Shown here in pieces: positions 36,127-49,455 of a stretch of DNA of 64,000 bases (the first letter of the stretch is position 1; every line of letters begins with the position of its first letter). Both the position numbers and the translations under genes were made by a program. Source of the stretch: Felis catus (lineage: Eukaryota); contig NC_058376.1 of NCBI RefSeq assembly GCF_018350175.1, positions 14,446,001 through 14,510,000 on the forward strand. The letters run 5' to 3'. The notes under the pieces were generated by a model, which was not told the origin of the DNA, did no database searches, and saw only the letters and a program-made list of their open reading frames with translations.

Positions 36127-36341
36127 TTTTTTTTTTTTTTTTTTTTTTTTTTTTGAGAGAGAATGAAGGCATGCCTGAATGAGTTGGGGAAGGGCAGAGG
36201 GAGAGGAAGGGAGAGACTCCCAAGCAGGCTCCATGCTCAGCACAGAGCCAGATGTAGGGCTTGATCTCATGACTGTGAGATCATGACCTGAGCTGAATTC
36301 AAAAATCACACACTCAACTGACTGAGCCACCCAGGCACCCC
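36127..36341 (-). mobile_element. CanSINE
   Basis: TSD CAGGTTTATC. Confidence 0.88.
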
Positions 36342-37595
36342 AGGTTTATCAATTTGATTGAAATGTTCAGAGTTGGTGTTTGGTTTCATTTATTTTCTCT
36401 ATCTTCTGTCTTAAATTATATTACTTCCAGCTGTTAGTTCTATTATTCCCCCTTCCTTTTTTCGTACTTTCTACTAATTATTTTGGAGGAATCTTGGAAT
36501 ACTGATTTGAGAACTTTCCTAATTTTCAATATAAAAATTGACTGCTATAAATTTCCCTTTAAGCACTGCTTTATTTACATCTCACAAATTTTGAGACCTT
36601 CTATTTTAATTTTCATTTACTTCAAATATTTTTAACATCCCTGTAAATTTTCTCTTAGACACGTACACACTTTGTATTTGAAGTGATTTTCGTATAAATG
36701 ATACATTTATTATACACTTTAGCCAATTGACAGTCTAATTTTAGTCAATTTGACAATCTCTGTCTTTTAATTGATTACCTGAATATTCACATATTATTTA
36801 ATTATTGTTACTATGGGAATTATTTCTACCATTTTACTATTTATTTCTGTTTCCATTTCTCAGTTTCACTTCACTGCCTATTTTGTATTATTTATGTATT
36901 TTTAATATTAGATTTTGTCTTGTGACTTTTTGGCTATATCTCTATATTTTTTAGTGGTTAATCTTGGGAATGCAATATCCATAACTAATATTTCAGAGTA
37001 TTCTCAGAGCTCATATTTTGCTACTTTAACTAAAAGGTATACACCTTACAAACTTAAATGTCTCTTTACCATTGCTTCTTCTTATTGCATTTGTTATATA
37101 TATCAATATACCTTGAAACGCCCTTATTCATTATTATAACATTTTCTTTTTAGTAGTTATACATATTTGAAAGAATTTAAGAGGGAAAGAGTTATCTGTT
37201 TTATTTACCCAATGCATAAAATTTTCTATTGCTTTCCCTTTATTTCTGAAGTTCTGAGTATCCCTTTAGTATTATTTTCTTTTAGCTGGAAAATTTCCTG
37301 TAACATATCTTTTAGAAAAAAATCTCCTGGACACAAATTTTCTTATTTTTCCTTCATCTGAGAAAGTGTTTATTTCACTTTTGTTTCTAAAGCATATTGT
37401 TAAGTATAGAATGTTGGATTCTTTTCTATTAGCATGTTAGGTATATTTTCCACTATCTTTTGGACACTGTTTCTGACAAAAAAAAATCCACAGTAATTTG
37501 AATCATTTCGTATATGTAATATATTGTTTATCTCTAGCTGTTTTCAAGAATTTTTCTCTTTTTTTGTATATCAGAAGCTTGGTTATAATGTATAT

Positions 37596-38173
37596 GTGTC
37601 ACCAGCTAGACCCCAAGTCCTGTACTTTACTGCCCACCCGCTTGTACTCACTAACCTTTTTCTTACATATTCCTCTAAGCTCTTCTTTCTGGCTTTCCTT
37701 TAACTCAGACAAATGGAACCCAAAACCACCCCCAGGTGATGGCAACTGCCTTAACAAAATCTCCTGCCTGCTCAACACTGGTTGAGTTAACCTGACTTGT
37801 GCCTTTTCAGATGGACCAGGGAGTGACCTCTGGAATGACCTACAATAGTCTTTACCTCCTTATAATACTAAAATCTCTGTCCAGGGAGGAGCCTCAGCCT
37901 AATTTATGTGACATGCAATGTATGTATAGGACTGTCTCCTCAAGGTGCATGCAAGACCTATGCCCGCCTCTACAAATAGGAGGCTTCCCTCTCTGAATAT
38001 TCATCCTAACTCTAGAGAAAAGGAACCTATTCACCCTCTCCAGGGGAGTCATGGCTTTGGAAGCCATTCTCCATGATTTCCTTATTTGCTGTAAATAAGT
38101 TTCTTTGTGTGACCCCTCAGCCTGATGCAGTTTCTAACTCACCAAGGAGTGAAACTCACTTTGGTTCAGTAAC
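37596..38173 (+). mobile_element. Probable solo ERV1-like LTR
   Basis: TGTCACC start, GGTTCAGTAAC end; interrupts L1M; TSD unclear. Confidence 0.6.
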
Positions 38174-38882
38174 GTAGAATCGTAATTTTTTTTTTAGTTT
38201 ATCCTAATTGGGATTTATTACTTCTTGACTCTGTAAATTTGAGAATTGTACCAAATTTGAGAAAATTTAAGCCATTATCTCTTTAAATATGATTTCTGTG
38301 CCAATCTATATTCTTCCTCCATTTGAGATTCCAATGCCGTGAATGTTAGAAATTTTGGTAGGTCCCACAAACTCCTGAGGATTTTTATTCATATTTTTAA
38401 ACTGTATTGTTTTTTGCATTCAATAATTTCTCTTGATTTATCATCATATTCTCTGACTCTTTCCTCTGATATCTCAGTTCTGCTAGTGAGCCCATCCAAA
38501 GAAACTTTTTTTTTTAAATTTCTGATATTAACTTTTAATTTCCGATATTTTTAGTTATAAACTTTTCATTTGGTATATTTAACAATTCCATTTCTCTTTT
38601 GAAGATACATTTTTTTTCTTTTCATTCAGTGCTTATCTTTACCCCGTGGATCACGGTTATAAAATTGCTTAAAACTCTGATAATTTGGAGGTTGGCATCT
38701 ATAATAGTTTATCTGTTGTTGTTACCACAAACTTAACATCTTAAAAATCACACACTTACTTATTATTTTCACATTTTTTGTTAGTCTGTGCTCCAGGCAT
38801 GGTTTAGAATGGTCTTCTGCTTAAGGATTTTTCACAAGGCTGCAGTCAAGGTGTCATCTGGGTCTTAAAACACAGAATTGCA

Positions 38883-39085
38883 GGGGCGCCTGGGTGGCTC
38901 AGTTGGTTAAGCGTCCGACTTCAGCTCAGGTCACGATCTCGCGGTCCGCGAGTTCGAGCCCCGCGTCGGGCTGTGGGCTGATGGCTCAGAGCCTGGAGCC
39001 TGCTTCCTATTCTGTGTCTCCCTCTCTCTCTGCCCCTCCCCTGTTCATGCTGTCTCAAAAATAAATAAACGTTAAAAAAAAAAAA
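38883..39085 (+). mobile_element. SINEC_Fc within an MLT1-like LTR (~38700-39470)
   Basis: TSD AAAACACAGAATTGC. Confidence 0.92.
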
Positions 39086-39713
39086 CACACAGAATTGCCT
39101 CAAAGATTGACTGGGGAAGGATCCATTTCTAAGCCCACATGTTTGTTGGCACATTTCAGTGACACACAGGTTATGGGACTGAGGGCCTCAGTTTCTTGCT
39201 GGCTATTGGCTAGATGCCACTTTCAGTTCCTTTCCAAATGGACCTCTCCGTTGGGCAGTATACTACATATCTGTGCGCTTAATCATAGCCTGTGAAGAAG
39301 AAAATATGGAAGAAAGATGCACATTATGATCTTACATAACACAATCATAAAAGCAACATCTTATTACCCTTCTACACTTACTGATTAGAAGATGCCACAG
39401 ACCCTGTCACACGGAAGTGTGAAGGATGTGAATATCAGTAGGTGGGGGAAATGTGAACCATCTTAGTATACACACCAGAGCACTTCTCTCAATTGTCTCC
39501 TCCCTTGAGAATGCATCATAATTAGTAGGTTTTTGTATGCCATATGATTTCATATTGTACCTTGGACATTTTGAATATTATGTTGTGATTATCTGGATCT
39601 TGTTAAAAATCTTGTGATATTGTTATTTGTTATTGTTGTTTTCATTAGCAGGAGATCAGCCTGGTAAGCTTCATTCTACTACAATTTGTCTCAAATTCAT
39701 GATTGAGTATGAG

Positions 39714-39801
39714 ATATATATATATATATATATATATACAGTATATACTGTATATATATACAGTATATATATACAGTATATATCATACTTTGATATATAT
39801 A
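39714..39801. repeat. (TA)n/(TATACAG) low-complexity tract
   Basis: Direct reading. Confidence 0.85.
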
Positions 39802-40622
39802 TCAAAGCTAAAGAAGAAGCCTGAAGCCAGAAGGTAAGATTTTTTATACATTCAGCTATGTTCATATAATATGTTCTCAGGCTGCAATATCTCCTGTCTA
39901 TTATGAACCCATAAAAATTAGTGTCAAATAACTTGCTGAAATATTGATACTAACCCGTATCTATGGCAAATTCTAAATCTTTTGAATAGAGCACTTGGGC
40001 AAACTGAGCCATATTATTTTCCCCTCCACTCCTAAATACGATTTTCTTTTGCTGATCTGAATGGTTGATAGGGCCTGTGAGCAACTAGGTATAAGTGAAG
40101 ATTAGGGTTCTGTGTGGATTCCAGTGGAGAGAATTCATACAGGGCTTTCTGCACTGTAGGTTTGGCATGCACTTGACAAAGTTCCATATGTCTTATGTAA
40201 GTACTATAAGTGAAACTTATTGACAGCATCAGTACTCTTAAATCTCTGAAATGTCAACTTCAGCCCCACATGCCAGGTCTCTGTTGAGACTGGAGGCAGC
40301 CTGAAGTAACCAGTAAGCAACTACAGAAATCTATAGAGCAAGAAACATAAAGAGCTAAAATCATTATAAGGAAAAAATATATTTCCCTCTCTTTACAAGA
40401 TAAGAAATAATATTTACAAAGGTCACAGATTTTTCTGTAGTCACAAATCTTGGAAGCACTACATACAGTAAAACACAAGGTGATATTGAGGACAGTTATT
40501 TCCTGAAGAAAAGTAATTGTTACCCCACTAACGACCAAAAAAAAAAAAAAAGAGTCAAACTCTGCATAATACATAAGTAGAAAAAAAAGTTTTCTCTTTC
40601 AGATTTATGAGGAAATTCAAAA

Positions 40623-40628
40623 TTTATT
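40623..40628 (-). terminator. Poly(A) signal of K6-D
   Basis: AATAAA on the minus strand. Confidence 0.78.
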
Positions 40629-40902
40629 AGGAAAACAGAGAAGCAAATTTAGCATAAAATTACAAAAACAAGCACTATAGCAACGTCATCTTGTTGCAAT
40701 ATGAATTCACAGGTTGAGTTTTATATTCTTCCAGACATTAAGTGACATCAGTTCCAGATATCAGACTTTTAGCAAATCATGTCAGAAGTTTACAGGGTAG
40801 TGTAGAAAAAACATCACTTAGGGGTGAGGCAGAAAATTTGTGTGGTTCAGAACTGCTGAATCATTAAGTGATGGTTCAGAGGGTGAATTTCTCATGGTGT
40901 TC

Positions 40903-41151
40903 TCAGTAGTAATAGCCACAGCCAGAACCAAAGCCATAGCCACAGCCTAGTCTGCGAAAGCCACAGCCATAGTAGGAGCCATAGCCACAGCCCAGGCCTC
41001 CATAGCCACAGCCTCCATAGCCACAGCCTCCGTAGCTACAGCCTCCATAGCCACAGCCTCTGTAGCCACAGCCTCCATAGCCGCAGCCTCCATAGCCGCA
41101 GCCTCCATAGCCGCAGCCTCCATAAGAGTTTCCGTAGTAGCTTCCACACAT
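40903..41151 (-). CDS. KRTAP6: Keratin-associated protein 6 family, 82 aa, 8 units (K6-D)
   Basis: ..GCGFRRLGCGYGFGSGCGYYY; TATA 41236-41242. Confidence 0.93.
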   Translation of the reverse strand: MCGSYYGNSYGGCGYGGCGYGGCGYGGCGYRGCGYGGCSYGGCGYGGCGYGGLGCGYGSYYGCGFRRLGCGYGFGSGCGYYY

Positions 41152-41235
41152 GGTGTTGGCTGTTGAGGTTGTGCTTGGGTAGAGAAGGCGAGGAGAAGTG
41201 TCACTTCACTGTGGACAATTCCCCTGTGGAAGGCC

Positions 41236-41242
41236 TTTTATA
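41236..41242 (-). promoter_or_regulatory. TATA box of K6-D
   Basis: CATATAAAAGG on the minus strand; CCAAT at ~41271. Confidence 0.85.
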
Positions 41243-41898
41243 TGTCCTCACCCACCACACATGTCTTGTCATTGGCTAATTTGTAGGACCAATGTGAGTA
41301 ATTTGTTGACTTCTGGTTTTAGACATGGCTTCAGAGGCAATGACAAGATCTGTTTTGTTTCACCACATCTGAACCAGTTTGTGGGCCTTTAATGAGAATC
41401 AGTTGTCTCAGCCTCAAAGCTGTACTCACAAGATCTTTAGTTGCCCTTTGTAACCAATCTCTATGGCAAGAAATAGCTTTTTTATTGACAAACTGACCTG
41501 CTCCCAACAAATAATTTTACCTTCACGGTATTGACATTCAGCAGATCATACTATTCTACCTTAACCTCAAATCTCTCCACCTGTTATTACCACCCCCTCC
41601 AAACCTATTATTTTCCATGAGGGATTCTTCCCATTTTCACGTGAACAATGCTTTACGACTAAAAGCCAAAATTTGTTACTTGGCTTCATGAAACTTTTGA
41701 TAAAAAACAAATAGTTTGGTATTCGGAAATACTTAGACTTTCTCATTTGCATTAATGTTTCTTAAAGCTTTTAACACTCTATTTTTAAAGCATGAAATAT
41801 TTTCCTCATGGTTTCAAATTTATATCCTGAATTCACAGTGAGGAAAAAGGGAAATGATGAGATTTCATTTGATTTATGAAATGACATTTTCATGAAAT

Positions 41899-42123
41899 AT
41901 TTTTTTTTTATTTTTTTTAACGTTTATTTATTTTTGAGACAGAGAGAGACAGAGCATGAATGGGGGAGGGTCAGAGAGAGAGAGGGAGACACAGAATCTG
42001 AAACAGGCTCCGGGCACTGAGCTGTCAGCACAGAGCCCGACGCGGGGCTTGAACTCATGGACCGCGAGATCGTGACCTGAGCTGAAGTTGGCCGCCTAAC
42101 TGACTGAGCCACCCAGGCGCCCC
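41899..42123 (-). mobile_element. SINEC_Fc
   Basis: TSD ATGAAATATTTTTT. Confidence 0.92.
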
Positions 42124-43171
42124 AATGAAATATTTTTTAAAGAATTAGATGTTTATACTCTTTGTGATCTGATGGGAGTATGGCATTTTTAATTTAAAAC
42201 AATAATATTGGCAGAGATAATGTCTCATGGAACCTACTAGATTTTCCCTAATAAATAAACTCTTGGTAAAATATCCCATACCATGGGAAATATGAGAAAC
42301 ACATTGCTACTATTATAATTATTATGTTATTGCTTTTACTACAACGAAGTTCATTGTTGAATTCAATGATAAAGTCAAATAACCACTGTGAACTTCTTCG
42401 TTCCTAGAAAAATCAAATCATAGGAGTCAATAGAGCATGTTTGATATATATAAACTGAGTGTTACTCTATGTTTTCACATATTTACCAAATTTTTCTTCA
42501 GGAAAAATTTTAATTTAATTTTTACTAAATATAAGCTCCTTTGGAAGCATATTTTTAAAATGTATATTCATTAATCACCATTTCTCTGTGTGAAGGTATG
42601 TGTATTGTATCCGTGTGTGGGCATGTGTGTGTGTGTGTGTGTGTATGCAGCTGCCACTTTTCTTTTAAAGGGGGTTGGGGCACTTCAAATCTTTTCCACT
42701 TGCAGGGACAAAGCCCTCAGTATGAATGCAAGGGGTTTCAGTAGGAGACTTCCAGCATGACTAAAATGATTAATGCAAAGGAATATGGTTGACTTACACA
42801 GGTATCTATCTCCTATAAGAATCTGGAGATTCAATCTGCTTGTTGACCTACCTACAAAAAGTTAGGATGAAAGATAATCACAATAACTTAAGGGTCTGTG
42901 TATAAGAAAGCAAATCTCACCTAGGGAGAAGATAGAAGGAATTTGAAGTAGAACATCAATGAACATGTGTATAAAGTCTTTTACCCGGTATTAGAAATAA
43001 CTAACTCTGCCTGCCCTGAGAGTAATGGATATTCCCAATGAGGCAAACTAAAAGGAGGTAAACTGAATACTTTTCTTTAAGTTGTCTATGTTTGAGGGGT
43101 TTACATACGAACACACATACGTTCTGATAGAATAAATCTCTAGTTCAGTAGTGGGTGTGCATAGATCAATC

Positions 43172-43391
43172 TTTTTTTTTTAATTTTTTTTTCAACGTTT
43201 ATTTATTTTTGGGACAGAGAGAGAGCATGAACGGGGGAGGTGCAGAGAGAGAGGGAGACACAGAATCGGAAACAGGCTCCAGGCTCTGAGCCATCAGCCC
43301 AGAGCCTGACGCGGGGCTTGAACTCACGGACCATGAGATCGTGACCTGGCTGAAGTCGGACGCTTAACCGACTGTGCCACCCAGGCGCCCC
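43172..43391 (-). mobile_element. Young SINEC_Fc
   Basis: TSD AATCTTTT. Confidence 0.92.
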
Positions 43392-43731
43392 TAATCTTTT
43401 TATGAAAGGAACTAGCAGTTCCAAATCAGAAGATCAATCCGGGGATGCGTAATGACTCCAGCTTTCACAAGAAGACAAGGGAAACACTATCGGCCATTTT
43501 TTTTTAAGTTTCGAATGTTTAAGAGCCACATAATTTAGAAAAGAATAGCAAGCATCCGTGCAAATGGCAAAATCCGAGAAGAGAAAATACATTTGTCATG
43601 AAAGAGTCGATACCCAAATGTAAACATTCATTAAAGGCAGAAAAATATGAATATGGGGTGAGATGGAGGGCAAATTCAGAAATTCTAAAATCTCGACTAA
43701 AAGGCTAATGAGAAAAATGATACAAAAATAT

Positions 43732-43872
43732 CCCGCGTCGGGCTCTGCGCTGACAGCTCCGAGAGCCTGGAGCCTGCTTCCGATTCTGTCTCCGTCCCTC
43801 TCTGCCCCTCCCTCACTCTCCCTGTCTCTCCCTCTCTCAAAAATAAAATGAAAACATTAAACGATTTTTTAA
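43732..43872 (+). mobile_element. 5'-truncated CanSINE
   Basis: 3' half of SINE consensus. Confidence 0.85.
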
Positions 43873-44139
43873 AAGAATCGTACACACGCAAGGTGACAAA
43901 CAGAGAAGAGGAGCAGGGAAACATTTAAGGGCATTTTCAGGAGGGGAGTTCCTATTTAGTTTCATCATCAGACATTAATAATTAAAGGATACTAATATTT
44001 AAATGTCCCGGGAGTTGCTTTGCCTTTCCTGGGGAAAATAGCACCCAGTAGATATTACCTAAGATATTTTCTAAAACAATATTACCTACACAATGTTTTA
44101 TATTTACATACAGGAGACAAAAATCAGGTAGTGCTGAGA

Positions 44140-44640
44140 ACTGCCGCTTGAGTCTGTTACTCCTCTCTACTTTTTCGCGGGTGTAAAATGTCAATGGTTT
44201 TTACCACATCTCAGAGTCTTTCTGAGGATTATGTGAGGTAATGCACCCAAGGGGTTTCACGCAGTAACTGCTCTGTGGTAAACAGCTAGTAACTGCTGTG
44301 GAATGGTCATTATTATTAAAATAATAATTATACATTGTTACACAGAGTTCTGACGTAAGGGTTCCATGAACAGCCCCAGGCAAGATAAACAGACAATATT
44401 CCCATGTATACAAAGAAGCAGAAAATACACCATGCATATGATAGTGCATGATACCCCATCGACAACATTTATTAAATTCCAGGCATGGTTTAAATGCTTT
44501 ACATGTCTTAACACATTTCATTCCCATAAAAGCACTAAAATGTAGGTGGTGATTTTTATATTAGAATGGCAAGGCCCAAGAATTTGCATAATTTGCCCAA
44601 TGTCATAGGCAGCTATGTGATGGAATCGAAGTCTCACACA
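44140..44640. mobile_element. MIR fragments (two, opposite orientation)
   Basis: MIR core-like GTGTAAAATG..CTGAGGATTATGTGAGGTAATGCA and AATTTGCCCAATGTCA. Confidence 0.55.
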
Positions 44641-45519
44641 GTGCAATGTTGCTGGAAGCCGAGCTGTCCCAGCCTGAGTGGCAGGGCCCGGGCTGTGGAC
44701 GGATTGGTGACTGCAGGCAGCCCACCGACAGTGAAGCTTCTGGTCCTCCTGCTTTTAGGTAATTTGGCTTTAATAAAGTACTTGGGGTATCGTCTGTCGG
44801 GGAATGGCCCTCGGCAGGCCCCCTGGGAAAAGAACCATTAGGGAAGAAAAGAAGGTTCTGCAAGAAATTGTGTGGCCTTAGTTTAGCCCTTGACATCCCC
44901 TAAGGAGACTGCTCTACTTACAGGAAGGATAGCCTCATACGTTTGCCAGCAAAGAGGGCCTGTAAAGGAGAGACATATGGATTTGAAAGCCCCACTCCGG
45001 CAACTAAAGAGTGTATCTCTGGGCACAGGTGACTTCAACCCCTAGACCCACCTGGCCTCCCGGAAGCATTCCAGATGATGACTGAACCTAGTCGGATAAG
45101 GTACAGAATGGTTCATTGGTTCCTGGGTGCACTGTCTCTCTGAGAATGTACGGGGCATGGGTTTCTAAGGCTTTTTCGGCCCCTTTCTGGCACCTCGGAC
45201 CGAGGCGAACACATTGTTCTTCTGGCCTCATGTGGTTAGGAGGTCATGTCCCAGGAACTGTTCCACCTGAGGTGTTGAGAAATGGAGGGCCTTTCACGAG
45301 AACAGCAAAGCAAATGCTTTGTAGATTATAGATAAACGCAGATGCATAATGGAATAATGTAAGAAATTAATCAAGAATCAAAGGGTATGTAAGAACTTTA
45401 TGAGAAAATCGCCCTGTTATTTCTTAAAGGTTGATCACACATAGGAACATTTTTAAAATGAGGCAATGTTAGAAAAACATGGATGATGTATGTTACAAGG
45501 AAATCACTAGCATATATAA

Positions 45520-45661
45520 TGCCAAGTTTGCTACAATAAATCAGCCAGTTCAACACACTGCTGTTGTCTGTGTCCCTTTTTATTTTTGTTTCATTTTCAC
45601 CTTTTTGCGACGCCGTTCATCCTTTGGGAACCCCTGGACCTGCTGGAGCCGGACTCTGGCA
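45520..45661 (+). mobile_element. ERV LTR 3' (R/U5) fragment
   Basis: AATAAA followed by ...CCTGGACCTGCTGGAGCCGGACTCTGGCA end; CpG-rich. Confidence 0.5.
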
Positions 45662-46190
45662 CAATGTATTTATACATACTTTTTGTCTCGTGAGACAGCC
45701 TAGGAGTTGCGATTCCTGCTATAATAATGGACTATTTATAACGGAAATCCGTGAATTTACACTGATGTAAATAAAGGAACAATGAAGCAGAAGGAAAAAG
45801 TTCCTTGCAGTAGAATGCCAGCCAATGTACTGAAAAAAGATGAAAATCAGAAAAATCAACATTTGCAATCCATCATCATCATAAATAATTCAGGCAAGGA
45901 AGAAAAACAAGTGCTAAGACTAATGATCAATTTGGGGATTTGAATGGAATATTTATAAAGTCACAAAATATCTCTACCAAAGTACTTCTTAATGGCTAAC
46001 AGAATAATAAAAATACCTTTCAAGTAGAGAAACCTGGTCCTCACCATAAGGATCAAGTGTAAAATTATCACCATCAGTATTGGAACAAATCAACTTCGAG
46101 TGTGAACCGATAGAGTATAATGACAAGAAAACATTTGCACTCCCTTTATTTGCTTGACAAAATGCATAATCTTTTTCTGAAGTAGTTACA

Positions 46191-46422
46191 TTTTTTTTGT
46201 TTATTTATTTTTGAGAGAGAGACGGAGACAGAGACAGAGAGAGACACACACAGAGTGAGAGCAGGGGGAGGGGCAGAGAGAGAGGGAGACACAGAATCCA
46301 AAGCAAGATCCAGGCTCTGAGCTGTCAGCACAGAGCCTGACACGGGGCTCGAACTCATGAACTATGAGATCCTGACTGGAGGCAAAGTCAGCCACCTAAC
46401 CAACTGAGCCACCCAGACACCC
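46191..46422 (-). mobile_element. CanSINE
   Basis: SINE consensus. Confidence 0.88.
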
Positions 46423-47247
46423 TACGTAACCTTGTTCTAATCATGAGGAAACATTAGGCAAATCAGAACTGAGGAATATTCTAAAAGAAAAGACAATCTC
46501 TTGTAATCTGTAAGAATATTAGGGTCATAGAAGAGACTAGACAGTGTGACAACTGGGTGCACTGTGTGACCCCAGATTAGATTATTTTTCTATGAGACCA
46601 TTCTTAGAGCAATTAATTCCTGGAATGAATATTGTAGAAATGAAGAGGCAGAGGCAGACTGGATGGGGCGGGGGGAAGCTGAGTTGGCTGTAGGCTCAGT
46701 GGAGGGCTCAGGAAACAATATGGGAGATTCTGAAGTTGGGATTTCCCAGAAGAGTAGTTGGAGGTTGGGGCGAGAAGGCATGTCATTATACCCTACGCTG
46801 ATCCATCACGGGAGGCTGGCTGCAGGAAACAGGTATTGCTTTGTGCCAGGGGTACTCTTCAGCTGAAGGCACTTTGCTTGTAACACCCCCAGCAAATGGA
46901 GAGTCATTTCTTCATTGCTGAAAAAGATACAGTACTATTGCCCCCCAAAATTCGAGGAAATGGGGATCCAAGGTGAATGCACAACATTGAAACTTACGTG
47001 TGTTAGGGGTATAAGCATCATAAATGTAAAAAAAAAATTAGAGTAAAGTTCTTAAGTAATTCACCTATTACCCAGGATTCTCGGAGATACAATTTTGATA
47101 CTTCATAGGTGGAATTTTGGTCTCAGGATTTATTATAAGGCACAAAGTTGCCTTATGTGCACTCAATGCTTGATTGACCTTTCGGTTTCCTAACTTTTGG
47201 CATATATAATGATCTTAATCTTTGTTTCAGAAAATATTGGTTTATGA

Positions 47248-47460
47248 GGGGCACCTAAGTGGCTCAGTCGGTGAAGTGTCCAACTTTGGCTTAGGTCATG
47301 ATCTCATGGTTCTTGAGTTCAAGCCCCACCTCAGTCTCTGTGCTGACAGTTCAGAGCCTGGAGCCTGCTTTGGATTCTGTGTCTCTCTCTCTCTCTCTGC
47401 TCCTCCCCTGCTCTTGCTCTCTCTCAAAAATGAAAATAAAAATATTAAAAAATTTAAAAT
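47248..47460 (+). mobile_element. CanSINE
   Basis: SINE consensus. Confidence 0.88.
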
Positions 47461-47575
47461 ATGTATTGGATTATGAAATATATGAATACTATAATTGATG
47501 CAATCAGAAAAAATAGATTTTGACATGTTTTAGTAAATAATTATCTTGCAATGTTAAGAATATATTAATGTATCG

Positions 47576-47795
47576 GGGCACCTGGGTGGCCCAGTCGGTT
47601 GGGATTCTGACTTCTGCTAAGGTCATGATCTCGCGGTTTGTGAGTTCTAGTCCTGGGTCAGGCTCTGTGCTGACAGGTCGGAGCCTGGATCCTGCTTCAG
47701 ATTTTGTGTCTCCCTCTCCCTCTGCCCTTCTCCTGCTTGCACTCTGTCTCTCTCTCTCTCTCTCTCTCTGAAAAATAAACATTAAAATTAAAAAT
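47576..47795 (+). mobile_element. CanSINE
   Basis: SINE consensus. Confidence 0.88.
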
Positions 47796-47939
47796 ATATA
47801 TATTTATTAACATTGTGAAATAATAGAAGTCTGGGAAGTGCTCTAGATTTCATGAAATGCTAGATTATAATAAGCAATAAGTTGCAAAATATGATAGTTT
47901 TTATGAATTGAATTCTGTATCAGAAATAAAAGCTATATA

Positions 47940-48140
47940 GGGGGTGCCTGGGTGGTTCAGTCAGTTGAGCATCCGACTTTGGCTCAGGTCATGATCTCAG
48001 GTTTGAGCCCCATGTCAGGCTTTGTGCTGACAGTGCGGAGCCTGCTTTTGATTCTGTCTCCCTCTGTCTCTGCCTCTCCCCAGCTCATGCTTGCTCTTTC
48101 TCTCTCTCTCTCTCAAAAATAAATAAACATTTAAAAAAGA
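47940..48140 (+). mobile_element. CanSINE
   Basis: SINE consensus. Confidence 0.88.
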
Positions 48141-49335
48141 AATATTAAAAAACTGAATCTGACTATGAATTATGTAATAGTATTGTTCAGGAATGATTGC
48201 ATGTGCTTGTGCATTCGTGTGTGTGTGTGTGTGGTGAGAGTCAGACACAGAGCCACAGAGAGAGACAGAGAACAGACAGGCAGAAAGGGGGAAACCAACG
48301 TGGCAAAATGCTAACAATTGTCAAATCTAGGTAGAGAGTACTTAGCTGTTCATTATACTGTCTTCTCCACTTAATTGAGGGTTTGAAATTTTTCAAAAGT
48401 AAATGCTGGGAGAAATGAGTTTATATAGAGAAAAATACTATTTTTTGGACTACCAAAATCTGCAGTGAGTCACTTCTTTAATGCCTAAATGTAAGTGACT
48501 CCTGTTTGAAAGGCTGAATATAAGCATAAAGGATAAAAAAAGGAAAAAAGAAAAATAAAACCCATAAAATAGAATGATGAAAGAGTGCAAAAAGTATGCA
48601 ACCTTTGGGTAACACAAAAGGAAACTAAGAATACATAAATACAATATTTATGCTTGCTTCTGCACTAAGAAAGCAGAAGCAAATGAAAATACAAATGGGG
48701 TGAGTGCAAATGGATGGGAGGGATAAATATAGGCGTGAGACTTGTCTGAATATATCTTTTTATATAGTTTTGATTTCTGAACCATGGAAATACTTAATAT
48801 ATTAAAAAAAAAACGGAATAAATACACCTGAAATTGAATATAAATGGAAATAAAAGAATGTCCTCCATAAAATGAATAGCATAACTACTCAGGAAGAAAA
48901 TTAATTCATATAAATGTTGAACACAATAATCTGTCCATTCTTGGTGGGATCTCTTCTGATGCTAAAAATGCTGCTAAGAAACTTTAGAGGTTGCTCACGG
49001 GCATTGCATTCAGTGTGGCAATTCAGACTGTATATTGTGCGCAGGTTTGAATAGAGTTAACACAGCAATGTGTTGGGGCCCAGAGTGTTCACTGTAAGAA
49101 AAAAAAAAAAAAGAAGCAATGTGGAACAGGAAAATGTAAAGGAATCTTATGTTTTCCAGTTTCGGTTGGCGTCATTCATAATTTGAAGCCATTAAAGAAG
49201 TGAACAAACCAATATGAATACAAAGTAGATACTTGCTTGGGGCTGTTAGCAGTGGCATTTAACCTGAAGTGAAATATGTTAGAGAAGATAACAATGTCAA
49301 CCAAATATGGTCATGTTAAGACCGTGTAAGTGGCA

Positions 49336-49455
49336 GGGGTGCCTGGTTGGCTCAGTCTGTTGAGCATTGACTTTTGATCTCAGATCAGGCCTTGAGTTTA
49401 AGTCGCATGTTGGGCTCTGTGCTAGGTGTGGAGCCTACGTTTAAAAAAAAAAAAG
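49336..49455 (+). mobile_element. Short CanSINE lacking the CT tract
   Basis: SINE head plus A-tail; TSD approximately TAAG(T)GGCAG. Confidence 0.75.

Larger units (their letters stand above)
35660..39640 (-). mobile_element. Fragmented ancient L1M with nested SINEs and LTRs
   Basis: Antisense L1M motifs. Confidence 0.55.
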
